Positions 1 to 11,493 of a stretch of 64,000 nt of DNA are shown piece after piece. The stretch spans positions 1-64,000 of IMG/VR virus record IMGVR_UViG_3300033066_000360, one strand, 5' to 3'. The position numbers were made by a program, and so were the translations under genes. Each line of letters begins with the position of its first letter. Within the stretch, counting starts at the first letter, position 1. The DNA is from a virus. Lineage: Duplodnaviria; Caudoviricetes. The notes below the pieces were generated by a model that saw nothing but the letters and a program-made list of their open reading frames with translations, was not told the origin of the DNA and searched no databases.

Positions 1-815
1 ATCTTCTTCTGAGTTGTGATAGGACCACAGTTCCAAAGAATGTTTGCTGGAGTATTGAAATGACGAGAGTTGTGGTACGAACCAATCTCATACCTGTTGA
101 AAGGCGTTTGGCTTGTGTACTTCTGGAGTTCAATCCACTTGCTTGAAGAAGGGGCCTCTGTCATGATATCGAAGCCTTGACCCGGTGTACCAATGCACAT
201 TAGGTTCTGTGCGCCACCTGATGGGTTACTCCAAACATACTGAGACTGTGCACGAAGAATTGCGTCATCTACCATCTCAAGTTTGAACTTATCTGATGTG
301 TCCAGATCTCCCGCCGACGACTTGTCATTAGGAAGAGAAATATAAGGTGTGCTTAGGAAGGCATTGCGAATCAAAAGATCCAATGTTTCCTGTAGAGCAC
401 GACCTACGCGTTCCTGAATTAGGCCGCGAACCGCCGAGCGAGAATCACCACCATTGGCTGACGCATTGCGCCAGAATGTGATGTACTCATCGTACTTGTC
501 GTAGGCTGTTGCGAACGCATAGCGAGTGCTGCGAACACGAACCTGCTTTGAGTCAAGTCCGCTTGGAGCAACTGTTGTCATGCGCGGCTCTGAGATTTCC
601 CCAATTTCAGGCTCGAAGTCGAACACCATTGGGAATACCATTTCCTGCGCGTTCATTGGCAGCAATGGCTGAGTTACATAAGGAACCAGACCATTTGAAT
701 ATACCGTGTTTCGGCGGTATAGCATCTGGAGAGTTGGATCGTACCAAGTTCTCTGGTTCTTATCAATATTTGACCATGGATCCTGTCCATAGTAGGTAAG
801 AAAGGCTGTAGACAT
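1..815 (-). CDS. major capsid protein (runs off the window start)
   Basis: Not in the ORF track. Manual translation from ATG at 815 gives MSTAFLTYYGQDPWSNIDKNQRTWYDPTLQ...LIQERVGRALQETLDLLIRNA, stop-free over the part translated (815 to about 361). It lies downstream of portal and scaffold. Confidence 0.8.
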   Translation of the reverse strand, partial: MSTAFLTYYGQDPWSNIDKNQRTWYDPTLQMLYRRNTVYSNGLVPYVTQPLLPMNAQEMVFPMVFDFEPEIGEISEPRMTTVAPSGLDSKQVRVRSTRYAFATAYDKYDEYITFWRNASANGGDSRSAVRGLIQERVGRALQETLDLLIRNAFLSTPYISLPNDKSSAGDLDTSDKFKLEMVDDAILRAQSQYVWSNPSGGAQNLMCIGTPGQGFDIMTEAPSSSKWIELQKYTSQTPFNRYEIGSYHNSRHFNTPANILWNCGPITTQKK

Positions 816-828
816 TTAGAAGTCCTCG

Positions 829-1437
829 CTAGCGACTTAGGCTAGCTATATATTTCTCATTCAGGGCTTCCCATTCCGCAAATTTACCCGCACTCAATAG
901 TTTGTCCATCTGGGCAAGCAGTGCATCGGGGTCATTACCTGCATCTTTAGCAGGCGGTGGAGTCGAAGCTCCTGCCAAGTACTGCTTGATATTTCCAGTT
1001 CCGGCATCTGAGAGTGTGTCAACAAAATCCTTTAGGTAAGTATCTAGTTGCTCACCCTCCAGATCCTGTCTCAAGAGTCCCTTTGCGTCCAAAGCAAGAA
1101 GTGTTGGATTTACCTGTGCAATCTTTTGGACTCTGCTAAGCTGGCTCTGGAATTTGGCGGTTTCAGCTTGTGCCTTTTGTAGCTCAGCAGTAGTTTGTTC
1201 GAATTGCGACTTGTAAGTAACAGCCTCTTTCTCCTTGGCTTGCAACGTCTGTTTGAAGCCCTCAATTTCAGACATTGCGTTAACTAGAAGATTGGCTTTT
1301 GAGTTCCAAGCTTCGCGGTCGGTTTGGTACTTCTTATCAAGTCCCTTATAACGAGACTCCCAATCTACCTGTGGCGCACTCGGCTGAGCGGCGGGTGCGG
1401 ACGGTTCTTGTGTACCAATATTCGTATCTTCTGGCAT
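829..1437 (-). CDS. capsid scaffolding protein
   Basis: Coiled-coil, Ala/Gln/Glu-rich 202-aa protein between portal and capsid genes. Confidence 0.7.
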   Translation of the reverse strand: MPEDTNIGTQEPSAPAAQPSAPQVDWESRYKGLDKKYQTDREAWNSKANLLVNAMSEIEGFKQTLQAKEKEAVTYKSQFEQTTAELQKAQAETAKFQSQLSRVQKIAQVNPTLLALDAKGLLRQDLEGEQLDTYLKDFVDTLSDAGTGNIKQYLAGASTPPPAKDAGNDPDALLAQMDKLLSAGKFAEWEALNEKYIASLSR

Positions 1438-1508
1438 GTTAATTTCCTCGCTGTGTATCGGGTGAAAGCGCCGATACAGGCAAGAGAAATATTAACATAA
1501 CAATTTTG

Positions 1509-3089
1509 CTAACCTTTCAAATCACGAGACATTGTTTCGTTCGCTTTTGGAGAAACGCCACTTGTGCCATTCTGTGGTTTACCTGCGGCTTCAAGCTGCA
1601 TCAAAATAACCATATCCTTGGCAATGTCATCCAAGTGCTCGTTAATATCCTCTCCGACAGAAAGGCTTCGAACCGCATGCTTAATAGAAGCGGTGTGGTT
1701 GGCAACACGAAGAATCATTTCGTTTACCTGCTCCATCCTGTCTCTTGGCATAATATCTGTCCAATCGACAACGGGCATCAGAGTAAGCATTTTCGCGGAA
1801 ACGCCCTTCCCCTTTCTGGCTCCAATAATCAAGATCATCTTTGCCATTGTCATGAGAGCGGCTGTCCACTGTGCTCTTTCTTTCTTAATGTGGGAAGTAA
1901 GCGCCCATGTCCTAAATGCAAGAGTAAGAGATGATCTTTGAGAGCCTTCATCGGCTCCCCAGATAACAGAAGGAACAGAACCCATCTTCTCGATAAGGTT
2001 CCACAATTCCTCTGTGTATCCACTCATCCCATCACTTAGCGTTCCGGTTTCAAATCTTTCTAGTTGTGGACCTTCCTTGCTAAGAGAGTTGGTTCCAAGA
2101 TCTACCACGGCGGGGAACTTCTCGGAAAGCTTTCTTGTTCTTACCTGAGCAGACACATTGGCCATCCAGTATTCATTACCACTGGCCTGCTTCACGTTGT
2201 CCCCCCTGTCTGCCATTGCAGAGTTGAGTTCCATTGTGATTCCTTCTAGTGAAGGAACATGCGACTGTCCATAAAAACCGCCAAGACGAATATAGTGAGG
2301 GATATAGATAAACGGAACAAATCCAAACGGGTTTGGACCTTCCATGTCTACAGACACTTTCTCCATTGTGGCTTGAAGAATTGTGCCACCCACTTCAATC
2401 TTGTATTTGTCTCTTGTCCAATGCTCATGAAACTGGACAAGGCGCTCATCCGTTTCGACTCCAAATCTTGCTAACGCATCTTCTTTTGATATATCGTAAA
2501 TCACATGCGCTTCTAGAAGATCTAGAGGGTTCGCAGGATCATAGATTGGGATAAAGAAGTCGGGCAGAATTGGTTGTATCCGAATTGGATTAGGAGATAG
2601 CGCACTCACTTGTGGAGAGAACGCCACCTTGAATACTGCGCCACCAAGAATCTGAGATGTAAATCCAGCTTGGTGAAATAGTGTTCCAGCATTCGAGTCT
2701 CTTAGAACATTCGCAACAAAATCAGCAGCAACATCACACTCTGGAGTATGTTTGTTGTTTGCATCAACAAAGTTAATTCCGACAATCGAATTTGTATTCT
2801 CGCCATCGGCCTCTCCGAATAGCGCATTTGCGTGCTTCTCTGCAACAGCCGCAGGAACGTTGATTTTTAGCGGGAATATCCAAGCTGGCTGAACCTGAGC
2901 AGTTGTGTCCGTCTGGTCTAGCTTCCTGCGATCAATCCATCCCCACCAGTCACGATAACGCTGGACTTGTGAAAGCCACTCGTTATATGCGGCAGTATTC
3001 GATAAGCCGGGTATTACTCTTTGGCTACCGAATCCGTATGGGGCATTAAGCAGTCCCCAAGGGGTTGATGGAATTGGAACGTCTGTCAT
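1509..3089 (-). CDS. portal protein (SPP1 gp6-like)
   Basis: 526 aa directly after TerL; GPNPFGFVPFIYIPH motif typical of SPP1-like portals. Confidence 0.85.
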   Translation of the reverse strand: MTDVPIPSTPWGLLNAPYGFGSQRVIPGLSNTAAYNEWLSQVQRYRDWWGWIDRRKLDQTDTTAQVQPAWIFPLKINVPAAVAEKHANALFGEADGENTNSIVGINFVDANNKHTPECDVAADFVANVLRDSNAGTLFHQAGFTSQILGGAVFKVAFSPQVSALSPNPIRIQPILPDFFIPIYDPANPLDLLEAHVIYDISKEDALARFGVETDERLVQFHEHWTRDKYKIEVGGTILQATMEKVSVDMEGPNPFGFVPFIYIPHYIRLGGFYGQSHVPSLEGITMELNSAMADRGDNVKQASGNEYWMANVSAQVRTRKLSEKFPAVVDLGTNSLSKEGPQLERFETGTLSDGMSGYTEELWNLIEKMGSVPSVIWGADEGSQRSSLTLAFRTWALTSHIKKERAQWTAALMTMAKMILIIGARKGKGVSAKMLTLMPVVDWTDIMPRDRMEQVNEMILRVANHTASIKHAVRSLSVGEDINEHLDDIAKDMVILMQLEAAGKPQNGTSGVSPKANETMSRDLKG

Positions 3090-3113
3090 CTTGGATTCCT
3101 TCTAGTATATCTA

Positions 3114-4829
3114 TTAATATCCACGCGCTCGTCCCTGATGACGGGCGTATTGTGGTCGAGAGTATCGGCCAAATGCCGCAGCCATCGAGCCAAAGCTATT
3201 CGCAGTCGTATCATCAATTCCCTCCGGGTACTCTGCAATGAATAATGGAAACATGATATATGCAACCATTGCTAGTGATGATACTATGTCCTGAGGGAGC
3301 TTCTTGTCTGGGAGTTGATACTTCCTGAGTTGGTCTCTGATACCGAAAATTTCACTTGGCACTCTGAACCTGCCCTTACCCATCAAAAGCTTTAAGGCAG
3401 AGATATAAGTCATCTTCTTAGATCCGGAGAAGTCCATTGGATGAACCGCTATATCTCCCTGAGTAAAGGCTAGTTCTGCCAAGGACTTTTGTGTTCCGGT
3501 AGAGTCATATCCCCTGTAGTCCGCTGGAATGGCATACTTGGAACAGAGATAAGCAAACTGGTCAATGAACGTGCCATATTTGCCGCCAGAGTATCCCCAC
3601 CAAAAGGCGGCGAGTCTAGCTGGCTGCTTGGGGAAGTCGGTAACATCCATTACAACAATTACCGGAGCGTTGCGTGATGGAGGCTCACCAGTACCGGGAT
3701 CTCCCGCAATGGCATACACGCCCATTGGACGTTTCGGCTCTTCGTAGGTAACAACACCGGCTTCTGTCTCTTCAATGAGAACTTGATCGTTTCCTCTTGC
3801 GCGGCTTACCTGATCCTTCTCAAAAGCAACCTCCAGAAGAGAATCAGCAAACTCCTTCCCCATGCGTGGAGGCGGTTCTCCCCTAAGCCACATTCCCTCA
3901 AGTCCGGGCGGAATGTTCTGCCGAAGCATTCTCAAATACTCCGGAGTCAGGTATGGATTTTCCGAGTGGAAAACCTTGCGACTCCAAACTCTCTTCTGCA
4001 AATCGGGATCCTGCCCATTGTCGTAATACTGCCAGAGGGTGTCATTGGCATAAGCCATGGAGATAAGGGAGAGAAGTCCCATGCGCGGCCTTCCGTCTGG
4101 CCTTTCGCCTCTCATACGAGAAGCAAGGCCAATCATGATCTTGGAAAGCTGTGTCTGGCCGTTCTCGTCAATTACATCCAATAGACCGGCTTCGTCCAAG
4201 TTAATCCAGTCTCCGGACCACGACTGAATGTTATCCGCGTTATCCGACACGTTCATGAACTCCAGAGTAGAGCCATTAGTAAACGTGTATTGGATATATG
4301 GGCGGTATTTGATTCCGGCCTTACCCGGCTTAATGAACTTGGCCCTGAATTGGCTTTCGTCAATACGCTGTCTGATCTCTCTCTCCATCAGACCAGATTG
4401 ATACTGATTTGGGGCTACGTTCAGGAATCTAAAGAATGGAGTAGTTGCCGCCACATAGCAAGCGAGCATTCCAATGCCAAGTGTCTTGCCCGTTCCAGAA
4501 AGACCAATAACTGTCTTCTGCTTTTGCGGCTTTCTCCAGAAGTCAAGATGCCAAGGAAGACAGATGTATCCACGCTCTTCGAAAAACAGCAAAATCCCGT
4601 TCTCCATCTTTGGGTAGACGTAGAACGAGACTTCGGCTGTTTCTGCTAAGAACTTGTCTGGTTTGCCGAGAGAAGTCCAATGCTTTAGATATTGATTGTG
4701 TCTTACACTGTCTGGGTATACAAGCTGCCCACCCGATTGACTCTTGATGAAATAGTTGGTAAAGACAGACGGATTATTCGCCTGTTGCGCCGCCTGTATT
4801 ATCTGGAGGTCTGTTTTCGTTAACTGCAT
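3114..4829 (-). CDS. terL: terminase large subunit
   Basis: Walker A GLSGTGKT, Walker B INLDEAG, nuclease AIAGDPG and C-terminal QDIVSSLAM. Confidence 0.9.
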   Translation of the reverse strand: MQLTKTDLQIIQAAQQANNPSVFTNYFIKSQSGGQLVYPDSVRHNQYLKHWTSLGKPDKFLAETAEVSFYVYPKMENGILLFFEERGYICLPWHLDFWRKPQKQKTVIGLSGTGKTLGIGMLACYVAATTPFFRFLNVAPNQYQSGLMEREIRQRIDESQFRAKFIKPGKAGIKYRPYIQYTFTNGSTLEFMNVSDNADNIQSWSGDWINLDEAGLLDVIDENGQTQLSKIMIGLASRMRGERPDGRPRMGLLSLISMAYANDTLWQYYDNGQDPDLQKRVWSRKVFHSENPYLTPEYLRMLRQNIPPGLEGMWLRGEPPPRMGKEFADSLLEVAFEKDQVSRARGNDQVLIEETEAGVVTYEEPKRPMGVYAIAGDPGTGEPPSRNAPVIVVMDVTDFPKQPARLAAFWWGYSGGKYGTFIDQFAYLCSKYAIPADYRGYDSTGTQKSLAELAFTQGDIAVHPMDFSGSKKMTYISALKLLMGKGRFRVPSEIFGIRDQLRKYQLPDKKLPQDIVSSLAMVAYIMFPLFIAEYPEGIDDTTANSFGSMAAAFGRYSRPQYARHQGRARGY

Positions 4830-5160
4830 TTACATCTACTCGCGCTTTCGATGCTTCCGATGAAAATCCATCCGGATAGCGTGTTCGAAGCTTGAGTATA
4901 TTGTATTCCATAACTTCTTCGAAAGTTATGTTCATCAAACGCAGTGCTCCCGCGACATAGAACAGAAGATCTCCCAATTCGTTCTTTAGATCTCTGGAAG
5001 TGATCTCATGGCCATGGTAAATGGCCTTCTTCATCATATCTGCAAACTCACCGCCCTCTCCCGCGATTCCGAGCGCCCAGAATGCGAAATCTCCGTCCAT
5101 ACCGGGCTTGACTGTACGTCTCGATAGCTGGCGGTATTCTTCTGCTGTCATTGTTGTCAT
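4774..5160 (-). CDS. MazG-like nucleotide pyrophosphohydrolase
   Basis: LGIAGEGGEFADMMKK...ELGDLLFY...NILKLRTRYPDGF motifs. Confidence 0.85.
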   Translation of the reverse strand: MTTMTAEEYRQLSRRTVKPGMDGDFAFWALGIAGEGGEFADMMKKAIYHGHEITSRDLKNELGDLLFYVAGALRLMNITFEEVMEYNILKLRTRYPDGFSSEASKARVDVNAVNENRPPDNTGGATGE

Positions 5161-5409
5161 TTGTTACCTTTTTCCTGAAATTGAGAGCAAACTGCCACTT
5201 GTCTCTCATGATTAGTGTGCGTCTGCCTATTCTTGTCATTCGAATAAGTGATGGAGTAGTCATCTTTGCTAGAAACACCGAGAATCCGTTTCGTCGGTAG
5301 TTAAACACAATCCCCGCCACTCTCCACTCTCCAGAAACGAGCATCCACATCTTAAATAGACCATTCGGTAGGTCTGCATACCACTTTCCGGGCTTGCACC
5401 AATGCTGCT

Positions 5410-5943
5410 TCATAGTTTTAATCCATATTTGTCTCGAATCCAATGAAATATGTCGCTGATAGCCAATCCCACCACAAAAGCTAGCGACGGAAGAGCTAAT
5501 AGGTGAATCCACTGACTGCTATTCGGAATATTACTTAGCAACAGATAGATTATGTAAACAATGGGGCTGATGTATAAGATCCGCGTTAGTGTCCCGATGA
5601 TCGGTGTGTGACTGATACCTCTATGCTTCATTAGTAAAGCATAGGGCAACCAGTAAGTTACCCAAGGAATTCCCCACGCATAGGATACAGGTGGAAGCAT
5701 CTTGATAATCTTCCACTTTCCCCAAATAAGCATTTCTTGGTCATAGTCTGGGGACCAGTAAGCCCCGGCAATACATCCGAATGCCAAACACACACCAAGA
5801 CCCGGAAGTTCTAATGCTGACCCAATCAAAGTCCCAATAATCAATAGGGGAACCGATACTATGTACGAGATACGGGCATGTAGATACCCATCTATTTGCT
5901 TCATTAATTCATTATACAAAGGAGATGACGAAATTACAACCAA
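5410..5943 (-). CDS. membrane metal-binding protein (DUF2227-like)
   Basis: WSPDYD, KHRGISHTPIIGT, HWIRD motifs with hydrophobic segments. Confidence 0.65.
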   Translation of the reverse strand: MVVISSSPLYNELMKQIDGYLHARISYIVSVPLLIIGTLIGSALELPGLGVCLAFGCIAGAYWSPDYDQEMLIWGKWKIIKMLPPVSYAWGIPWVTYWLPYALLMKHRGISHTPIIGTLTRILYISPIVYIIYLLLSNIPNSSQWIHLLALPSLAFVVGLAISDIFHWIRDKYGLKL

Positions 5944-6435
5944 CGATCCAACAATCCACTACTTCAACAGATACTACATAGAGAATGGAGAGAAGAAGAC
6001 CCTGCTTTTTTGGTCCCCAGAAAACACCAGACTGGCAGATGTAGAACCAGAGAAGATTAAGGAGATGCGCCCACATATTATTCTGGATGGACATCCACCC
6101 TACGAACGTCTTGCAGAAGTGGCAGAAGTCCAACACCGTTTGTTTGTTAAATGGCTGGAAACGGAAGCATTAAAGGAACTAGAACTGGAAGCAGCCAATA
6201 GAACAACTATTGGCTTTTTGCCCAAGGAGAAAGATGGTCCTATCGACAAGAGCGCGTGAAATATTGGAAACCCTAAGAGACGAGCGAGATACCGCTCACT
6301 TTGCAGATATTGACCCGCCGTATTGGTATCTCGGAAATACTCAGCAAAGAATAACCGCAACAATCAACAGGCTAGAGAAAGAGGGATACATTAAGATCTA
6401 CTATAAGGGAACACAACTTGCGGTTGAGGTGCTAA

Positions 6436-6729
6436 ATGCCAAAGAGAATCCAAAGAAAGAGAACTAAGGGCTGGAAGATGCCAGAAGGCGCTGTCTATGT
6501 AGGAAGACCCACAATCTGGGGGAATCCCTACCGGGTTAGTAAGTATGTAACTCACGAGAAGGCGGTTAATGCATACAAGGCGCTTCTTCGCTCCGAGTTT
6601 GGCATCGAGTCGCTTAATACGACTCTTCCAAAGCTGAAAGAGGCGCTTGCTGGCAAGGATTTGGCCTGTTGGTGTCCACTAGATCAGCCTTGCCACGCAG
6701 ATATTTTGTTAGAAATCGCAAATTCCTAA
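6436..6729 (+). CDS. DUF4326-domain protein
   Basis: VYVGRPTIWGNPY...LAGKDLACWCPLDQPCHADILLEIAN. Confidence 0.85.
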   Translation: MPKRIQRKRTKGWKMPEGAVYVGRPTIWGNPYRVSKYVTHEKAVNAYKALLRSEFGIESLNTTLPKLKEALAGKDLACWCPLDQPCHADILLEIANS

Positions 6730-6745
6730 AGGGAATCATTACTTC

Positions 6746-7811
6746 ATGAAGAAAATCGTTATTTTCCACTCGCAAAGCGTAACTTTTGAGTTCGATCCGG
6801 ACGGAAATACCACTTCCGTCCGAACAAGAGTTGAATTTTCCAATACAGAACGAAAAATCAGCTATGTTGACGTAAAACCATGGCCAAAAGACGTTGAAGA
6901 CACCGAACTTTGGACCTATTTTCTGGCGGAAAGGCGTAAATTCGACTCAGAAATGAAAAAATACGCTGTGGAGGACTAATGGACATGAAACTCATCGATG
7001 GACATATGACACGTTTTTGGAGATAAATATGCTAAAACCAACAAAAGTAATGGACATTCCCGCCCCCTTTGTTTCTTATCAATGGAGAGCAGCCCTGCTA
7101 AGCGTCCCAGAACGCTACCATCCCCATGTCGGGAACGTTCAGTTAAAGGAATTCAGGACAGAATACACCGTATTCTGGGAATACGAGATGACTGTCCACA
7201 ACAAAAAGAGGAAAAAGGTGGGTGAAATTCGCGTAAAGGACGATAAGCCACAATTCCGCCTCCGCTGGCAGGATGCAGATGGACTATACAGATTCCATAC
7301 AGTTTCCGAAAGGGAATTTAGGTCACATATCCTAGGATGGTTCGCAAAATGAGCAGAATCTTTCAACTTCCCGATAAATATCAACGCTTCCTTATGGAAA
7401 CTCGTATCATCATGCCTAAATATGGCCCAGGAAGAGCCGAATACTACCTTGCAAAGTCTCCTGACTCCTCGGTGTGCGCCTATATCTCCCTCTCGGAAGA
7501 CAAAGGGATAGAATTTAATCTCTGGACTAAATTTGCTGATTCTGCTGGCTATCTTACTGTCTCTTGGGGGGTCTTTGATGAATATTTCGGATTTTAGCAA
7601 GAAAGAAATAGAGATTCTTGCTACTGCATGGCTGGCAGAACAAGAATTCTGGCTTCACTCCCAAAGATCCCCTCTCCTAAGAGAGAATCCTCATGACGGA
7701 AAGAGTTGGGAAGCGGACAGAAAGAAGTATATAGAAGAAGGACAGGCACTAGAAGCCGCCTTTAGAAACACGAGACTAGCCGCCTTTGCTCTCCTACCGG
7801 CCTCGCGTTAA
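6746..7811 (+). other. run of small hypothetical genes (6746-6979, 7017-7352, 7337-7597, 7533-7811)
   Basis: Tightly packed or overlapping plus-strand ORFs; no recognisable motifs. Confidence 0.5.
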
Positions 7812-7813
7812 TC

Positions 7814-8317
7814 ATGAATACTGAATGGAAAGAAATCAATGAAGATTATGTCGTTTCCAGCAACGGAAAGGTCATAAGCCGGAAGTTTGGAAGAATCCGA
7901 TACCTAAAACCTGCAACCAATAGGTGGGGCTATCAATACGTTGCTTTGTGTATGAATGGAGTAAAAACCTATCGCAGCATACACAGACTTGTCGCACTCG
8001 CTTTTCTTGGATCTGTGGAGGGAAAAGAAATCAACCACAAAAACGGAATCAAAAGCGATAATAATGTTGACAATCTGGAATGGGTTACATCTAGCGAGAA
8101 TAAGTATCATAGCTATAAATCCCTTGGACATAAACCGGCAACTGGCGAAACAAACGGCGCTTCAAAACTAAAAGAAAGCCAAGTACTCGATATTCGCAAA
8201 AGACACTCTTCCGGAGAATCAATAAAATCCATTGCTTCCCTCTATAGAATACATCCAAATCACGTTAGTAAGATAGCTAATTTCCAACGATGGGGATGGC
8301 TCACGCGAAGCTCCTAG
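7814..8317 (+). CDS. HNH homing endonuclease (NUMOD4-HNH type with C-terminal HTH)
   Basis: WKEINEDYVVSSNGKV, HRLVALAF, INHKNGIKSDNNVDNLEW, GETNGASKLKESQV. Confidence 0.9.
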   Translation: MNTEWKEINEDYVVSSNGKVISRKFGRIRYLKPATNRWGYQYVALCMNGVKTYRSIHRLVALAFLGSVEGKEINHKNGIKSDNNVDNLEWVTSSENKYHSYKSLGHKPATGETNGASKLKESQVLDIRKRHSSGESIKSIASLYRIHPNHVSKIANFQRWGWLTRSS

Positions 8318-8693
8318 AAAGTTTGTGGGGTATTAGTAATGATCCCAAGTCACTAAAAGTGAACAGGGGGGTCATAACCACACATTCATACAGGAGATAC
8401 ATGGAAATCAGAACCAAGAGCGGAAAGCTTGTCGAGATGCGCGGGACGAAGGTAATGGCAGCATATCGTCTCGCAAGCGACCTGCGCGCAACGGGGAAAG
8501 AGCCGAGTGCAGAGCAGGTGGAAGTGCTCCGGTGGGTTGAGACAACCACGGAGATGGACAGACTGGCCATGGCCGATATCGTCGGCAACAGCATGTTCAT
8601 GACCTACAGCCAGCAACTGGTGGCGGCGGTGTGGATTTGGTGTGATCGGGCCATTGAAGCACATGTGAACCGGCAGATGTAGTTCTGTCGGAT

Positions 8694-8731
8694 AAAAGGG
8701 CAGGGGAAACTCTGCCCTTTTATTTTTTTAT
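8694..8731 (+). terminator. intrinsic terminator with TTTTATTTTTTTA tail
   Basis: AAAAGGGCAGGG-GAAA-CTCTGCCCTTTT then ATTTTTTTA, after a stop codon. Confidence 0.75.
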
Positions 8732-9014
8732 TCTCTTACATTGACTGAATAGCAATTCAGCTATTCGTCTATATCCGTAGGAGGATAAAATGTTGGATCT
8801 AATCGTTTCGTTGGTTGAGTTCTTTCGTGACAATGGCGTGGGCGACGTGACGCGAGCAGTAGACGTTGCCAAGGTCACAATCTGGTGGAACAACAAGTTT
8901 GAAGGGGAGAAAGTCTCCTTCTCATCGGCACGCATGGCCAACTGCTGGTTCTGGAACAAGCAGGACAGCATCCATTGGGAGGCTGCTATCGAAGCCGCCG
9001 TTCAGTAGTCTCTA

Positions 9015-9055
9015 TAAAAGGGGGGAGAATGCCGATCCCCCCTTTTATTTTTTTA
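9015..9055 (+). terminator. intrinsic terminator
   Basis: TAAAAGGGGGGA...TCCCCCCTTTTA then TTTTTTTAT. Confidence 0.75.
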
Positions 9056-9330
9056 TCTCCTGTGATAGCAGTATCCCCGTGTGGGGGAGTGCATTAATAC
9101 ACTAGGAGGTGTATTGTGGCAGACAACACGAATGTCTGGAGGGCTTATCAGCTCTTCGATGGGACGATCATCCTTCAAGAAAAGGGATCTCCCAAGACGG
9201 ACGATGAGAAGACCTTTATCTCAATCGTTTATGGTGATCGCCATACGGCAACTCTTGCCGCAGAGGAGATCGTTGACCGGGCCATTGATGCCCTTGAGGA
9301 TCGCTACTGCGATTAGCATGGGCAATGACT

Positions 9331-9365
9331 GAGGGAGGACTGCCACTCCCTCTTTTATTTTTTTA
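9331..9365 (+). terminator. intrinsic terminator
   Basis: GAGGGAG-GACTGCCA-CTCCCTC then TTTTATTTTTTTAT. Confidence 0.75.
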
Positions 9366-9680
9366 TCTCTTTGGATAGCTGTGTCATTCAACATGGCCAA
9401 AGGAGAAATATGTATAAGTCCGTGTCCGTTCCCAACCCCAATGGTTGGATCTTCAGTCGCTTTAGCGGTAGGAAGCGCCACATCAACGGGATTGAGCATC
9501 ACTTCAAGACCTTCCCTGAGATTGAAGTGGTTGGTTCCCACTATTGGGGAAAGAATGATGGGATGAAGGACTATCCCATTGGCAACCGGCAACGGTGGGT
9601 GAAGCGCCGCACGCAGGAGCGCTGGCAAGCAAGGGTCATCAAGGCTCAGATCCGCGTCAGCGTCTCCCTCTAGTTGTCCA

Positions 9681-9715
9681 GGAGAGTGTAGAAATACACT
9701 CTCCCTTTTTTATTT
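9681..9715 (+). terminator. intrinsic terminator
   Basis: GGAGAGTGTA-GAAA-TACACTCTCC then a T tract. Confidence 0.8.
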
Positions 9716-10204
9716 CTATTCGGAAAGTCTGTGTATTTTATTTTTTTACATAGGCCATCCGGCCAGCGTAGTCCATGCGCTTCATGGACACAACATGATT
9801 ACTCTAGGAGGTATATCATGAGCTTCATTGATACAGAGGTCATTCTGAGCCGCACCGCGAAGGCTGAGTTCAACAGCAGCCGGAAGCCCAAGGGCGACCA
9901 CCGAGAGGTGGCGCTACCGGCCAAGCGGCGGTTCAAGCAGACCCCGCCCCCGCCCATCGAGGTTGAAGAGGACCTGCCGAGGTTCCAAATCTGGCGCAAG
10001 AACGAGAGCGGGGCTACGACATGGGTTCTGGCTCCGCTAGGCGAGGTCAGCGACACACTGGCCATTCAGTTAGGCTGGTGGTCATTCGGTGAACCATTTC
10101 CCGCCTTGGACATGGAGGATGGGAAGATCATCGCTCGCAAGATGATGCTGAATGAGGAGGAGGCTGAGCAGTCGGCTTGGCTCCAGAAGCTCCATTAGCA
10201 TGTC

Positions 10205-10252
10205 GGGAGAACTAGGTAGAAATACTTAGTTCTCCCCTTTTATTTTTTTATT
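10205..10252 (+). terminator. intrinsic terminator
   Basis: GGGAGAACTAGGTA-GAAA-TACTTAGTTCTCCC then CTTTTATTTTTTTAT. Confidence 0.8.
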
Positions 10253-11493
10253 TCCTTCATTGGTCAGAGGGACCAGTTTCCCTTGCACTCACCGTCTTGG
10301 TGTTGCATTGGTATAAATCTGGTTCCCGACCAATAGGAGGCATTCCAAATGTCTATCAAGAGCTTCTTCCGCCCCGCCAACACGAACAAGACCATCGCTG
10401 AGGGTCAGTCGGTGGAGGCGACGGAGCGGGTGCGCCGGTACGCAATCGGCGTTGATGGCCGCATGGCGATCTTGAAGGGTCAGAATGGTTACAATGCGAA
10501 GCAACTTCGCACCTACCGGACTGACAAGGATGTCACGGGGAACAAGGTTCTCACGCCCCTGTCCCGACATCTGGGCGTCCCCAGGAACGCGATTCTGGCT
10601 CGCGTGACTGGCTATGTCACGAAGCCGAATCCGGAGTTCCCCATGCCTGCCGCCCCCGAGGGTTTCGTGGCCCTGCTCGTGGGGATCAACGCGGTTTCGT
10701 TCTACGATGATGGGGAATGCGTCCCCGTTCACGACTCGACCGGCAAGTTCAAGAGCATCTGGACCTGGATGCTGGTGGCCAAGAAGACCGTGGAGGACTT
10801 CAAGGCGAACGAGAACGGGGGGTTCGACTTCACGCAACCCGGTACCAAGGTGAAGTTCTACCATGTGGGCGATTCGTCGGTGGTGGGCGCGATTGAGTTC
10901 AAGGCCCCCATCGGTGATCGCGTCCCCGGTATGGCGGCAGAGGTTGCCAAGCTCAAGACTGAGGGCGAGGTGGCCAAGCCGGAGAAGATGACCGGGGCTG
11001 ACTGGAAGGCTTTGGGCGAGTATCTGTCCGCCGAAGCCAAGAGCGCCAGCGGCTACACTTGGAAGTAGCCTAATCGGGGGAGAGGGCTAATAACTCTCTC
11101 CCCCACTCCCTATGCAAATCGAAAGCTCCGATCTAAGGAACATGACAATCAAAAGCGTCATGTTCTTCCCGGTACTTGGGTCTATCATCATCGATGGATC
11201 TAAGCACATCGAAGGATTTGTTTCCCCTGCTTTCTGGCAGGAAATCCGAAGCAGGCTGTGGATGAAAATCCCTATTTGTATTCAAGAGACAGCGAAAACA
11301 GTCCACGGTCCTAACGCGAACAAGGTCTTTCGCGCAATGGGACAATGGGTCCAATATGGTCCGCTCTCTTGGGTGGATGGGATGGTCTTGGCCACGGTCA
11401 AGGAGGACGTTCCATTTATCGAGATGAGTGAGCCGCAGAAGATGGCAGAAGCCGCTCGGATGGCGGGAAGAGTACGCATCATGGCTGAGTAGT

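Noticed and set aside
509-4649. Plus-strand ORFs over the capsid, portal and terminase genes
   Set aside because: Antisense shadows of well-supported minus-strand genes; no RBS or motifs.
6526-10511. Further CTACCGG matches at about 6526, 7793, 9915 and 10512
   Set aside because: They lie inside coding sequence with short or broken stems and are probably chance matches, so they were not counted as motif copies.
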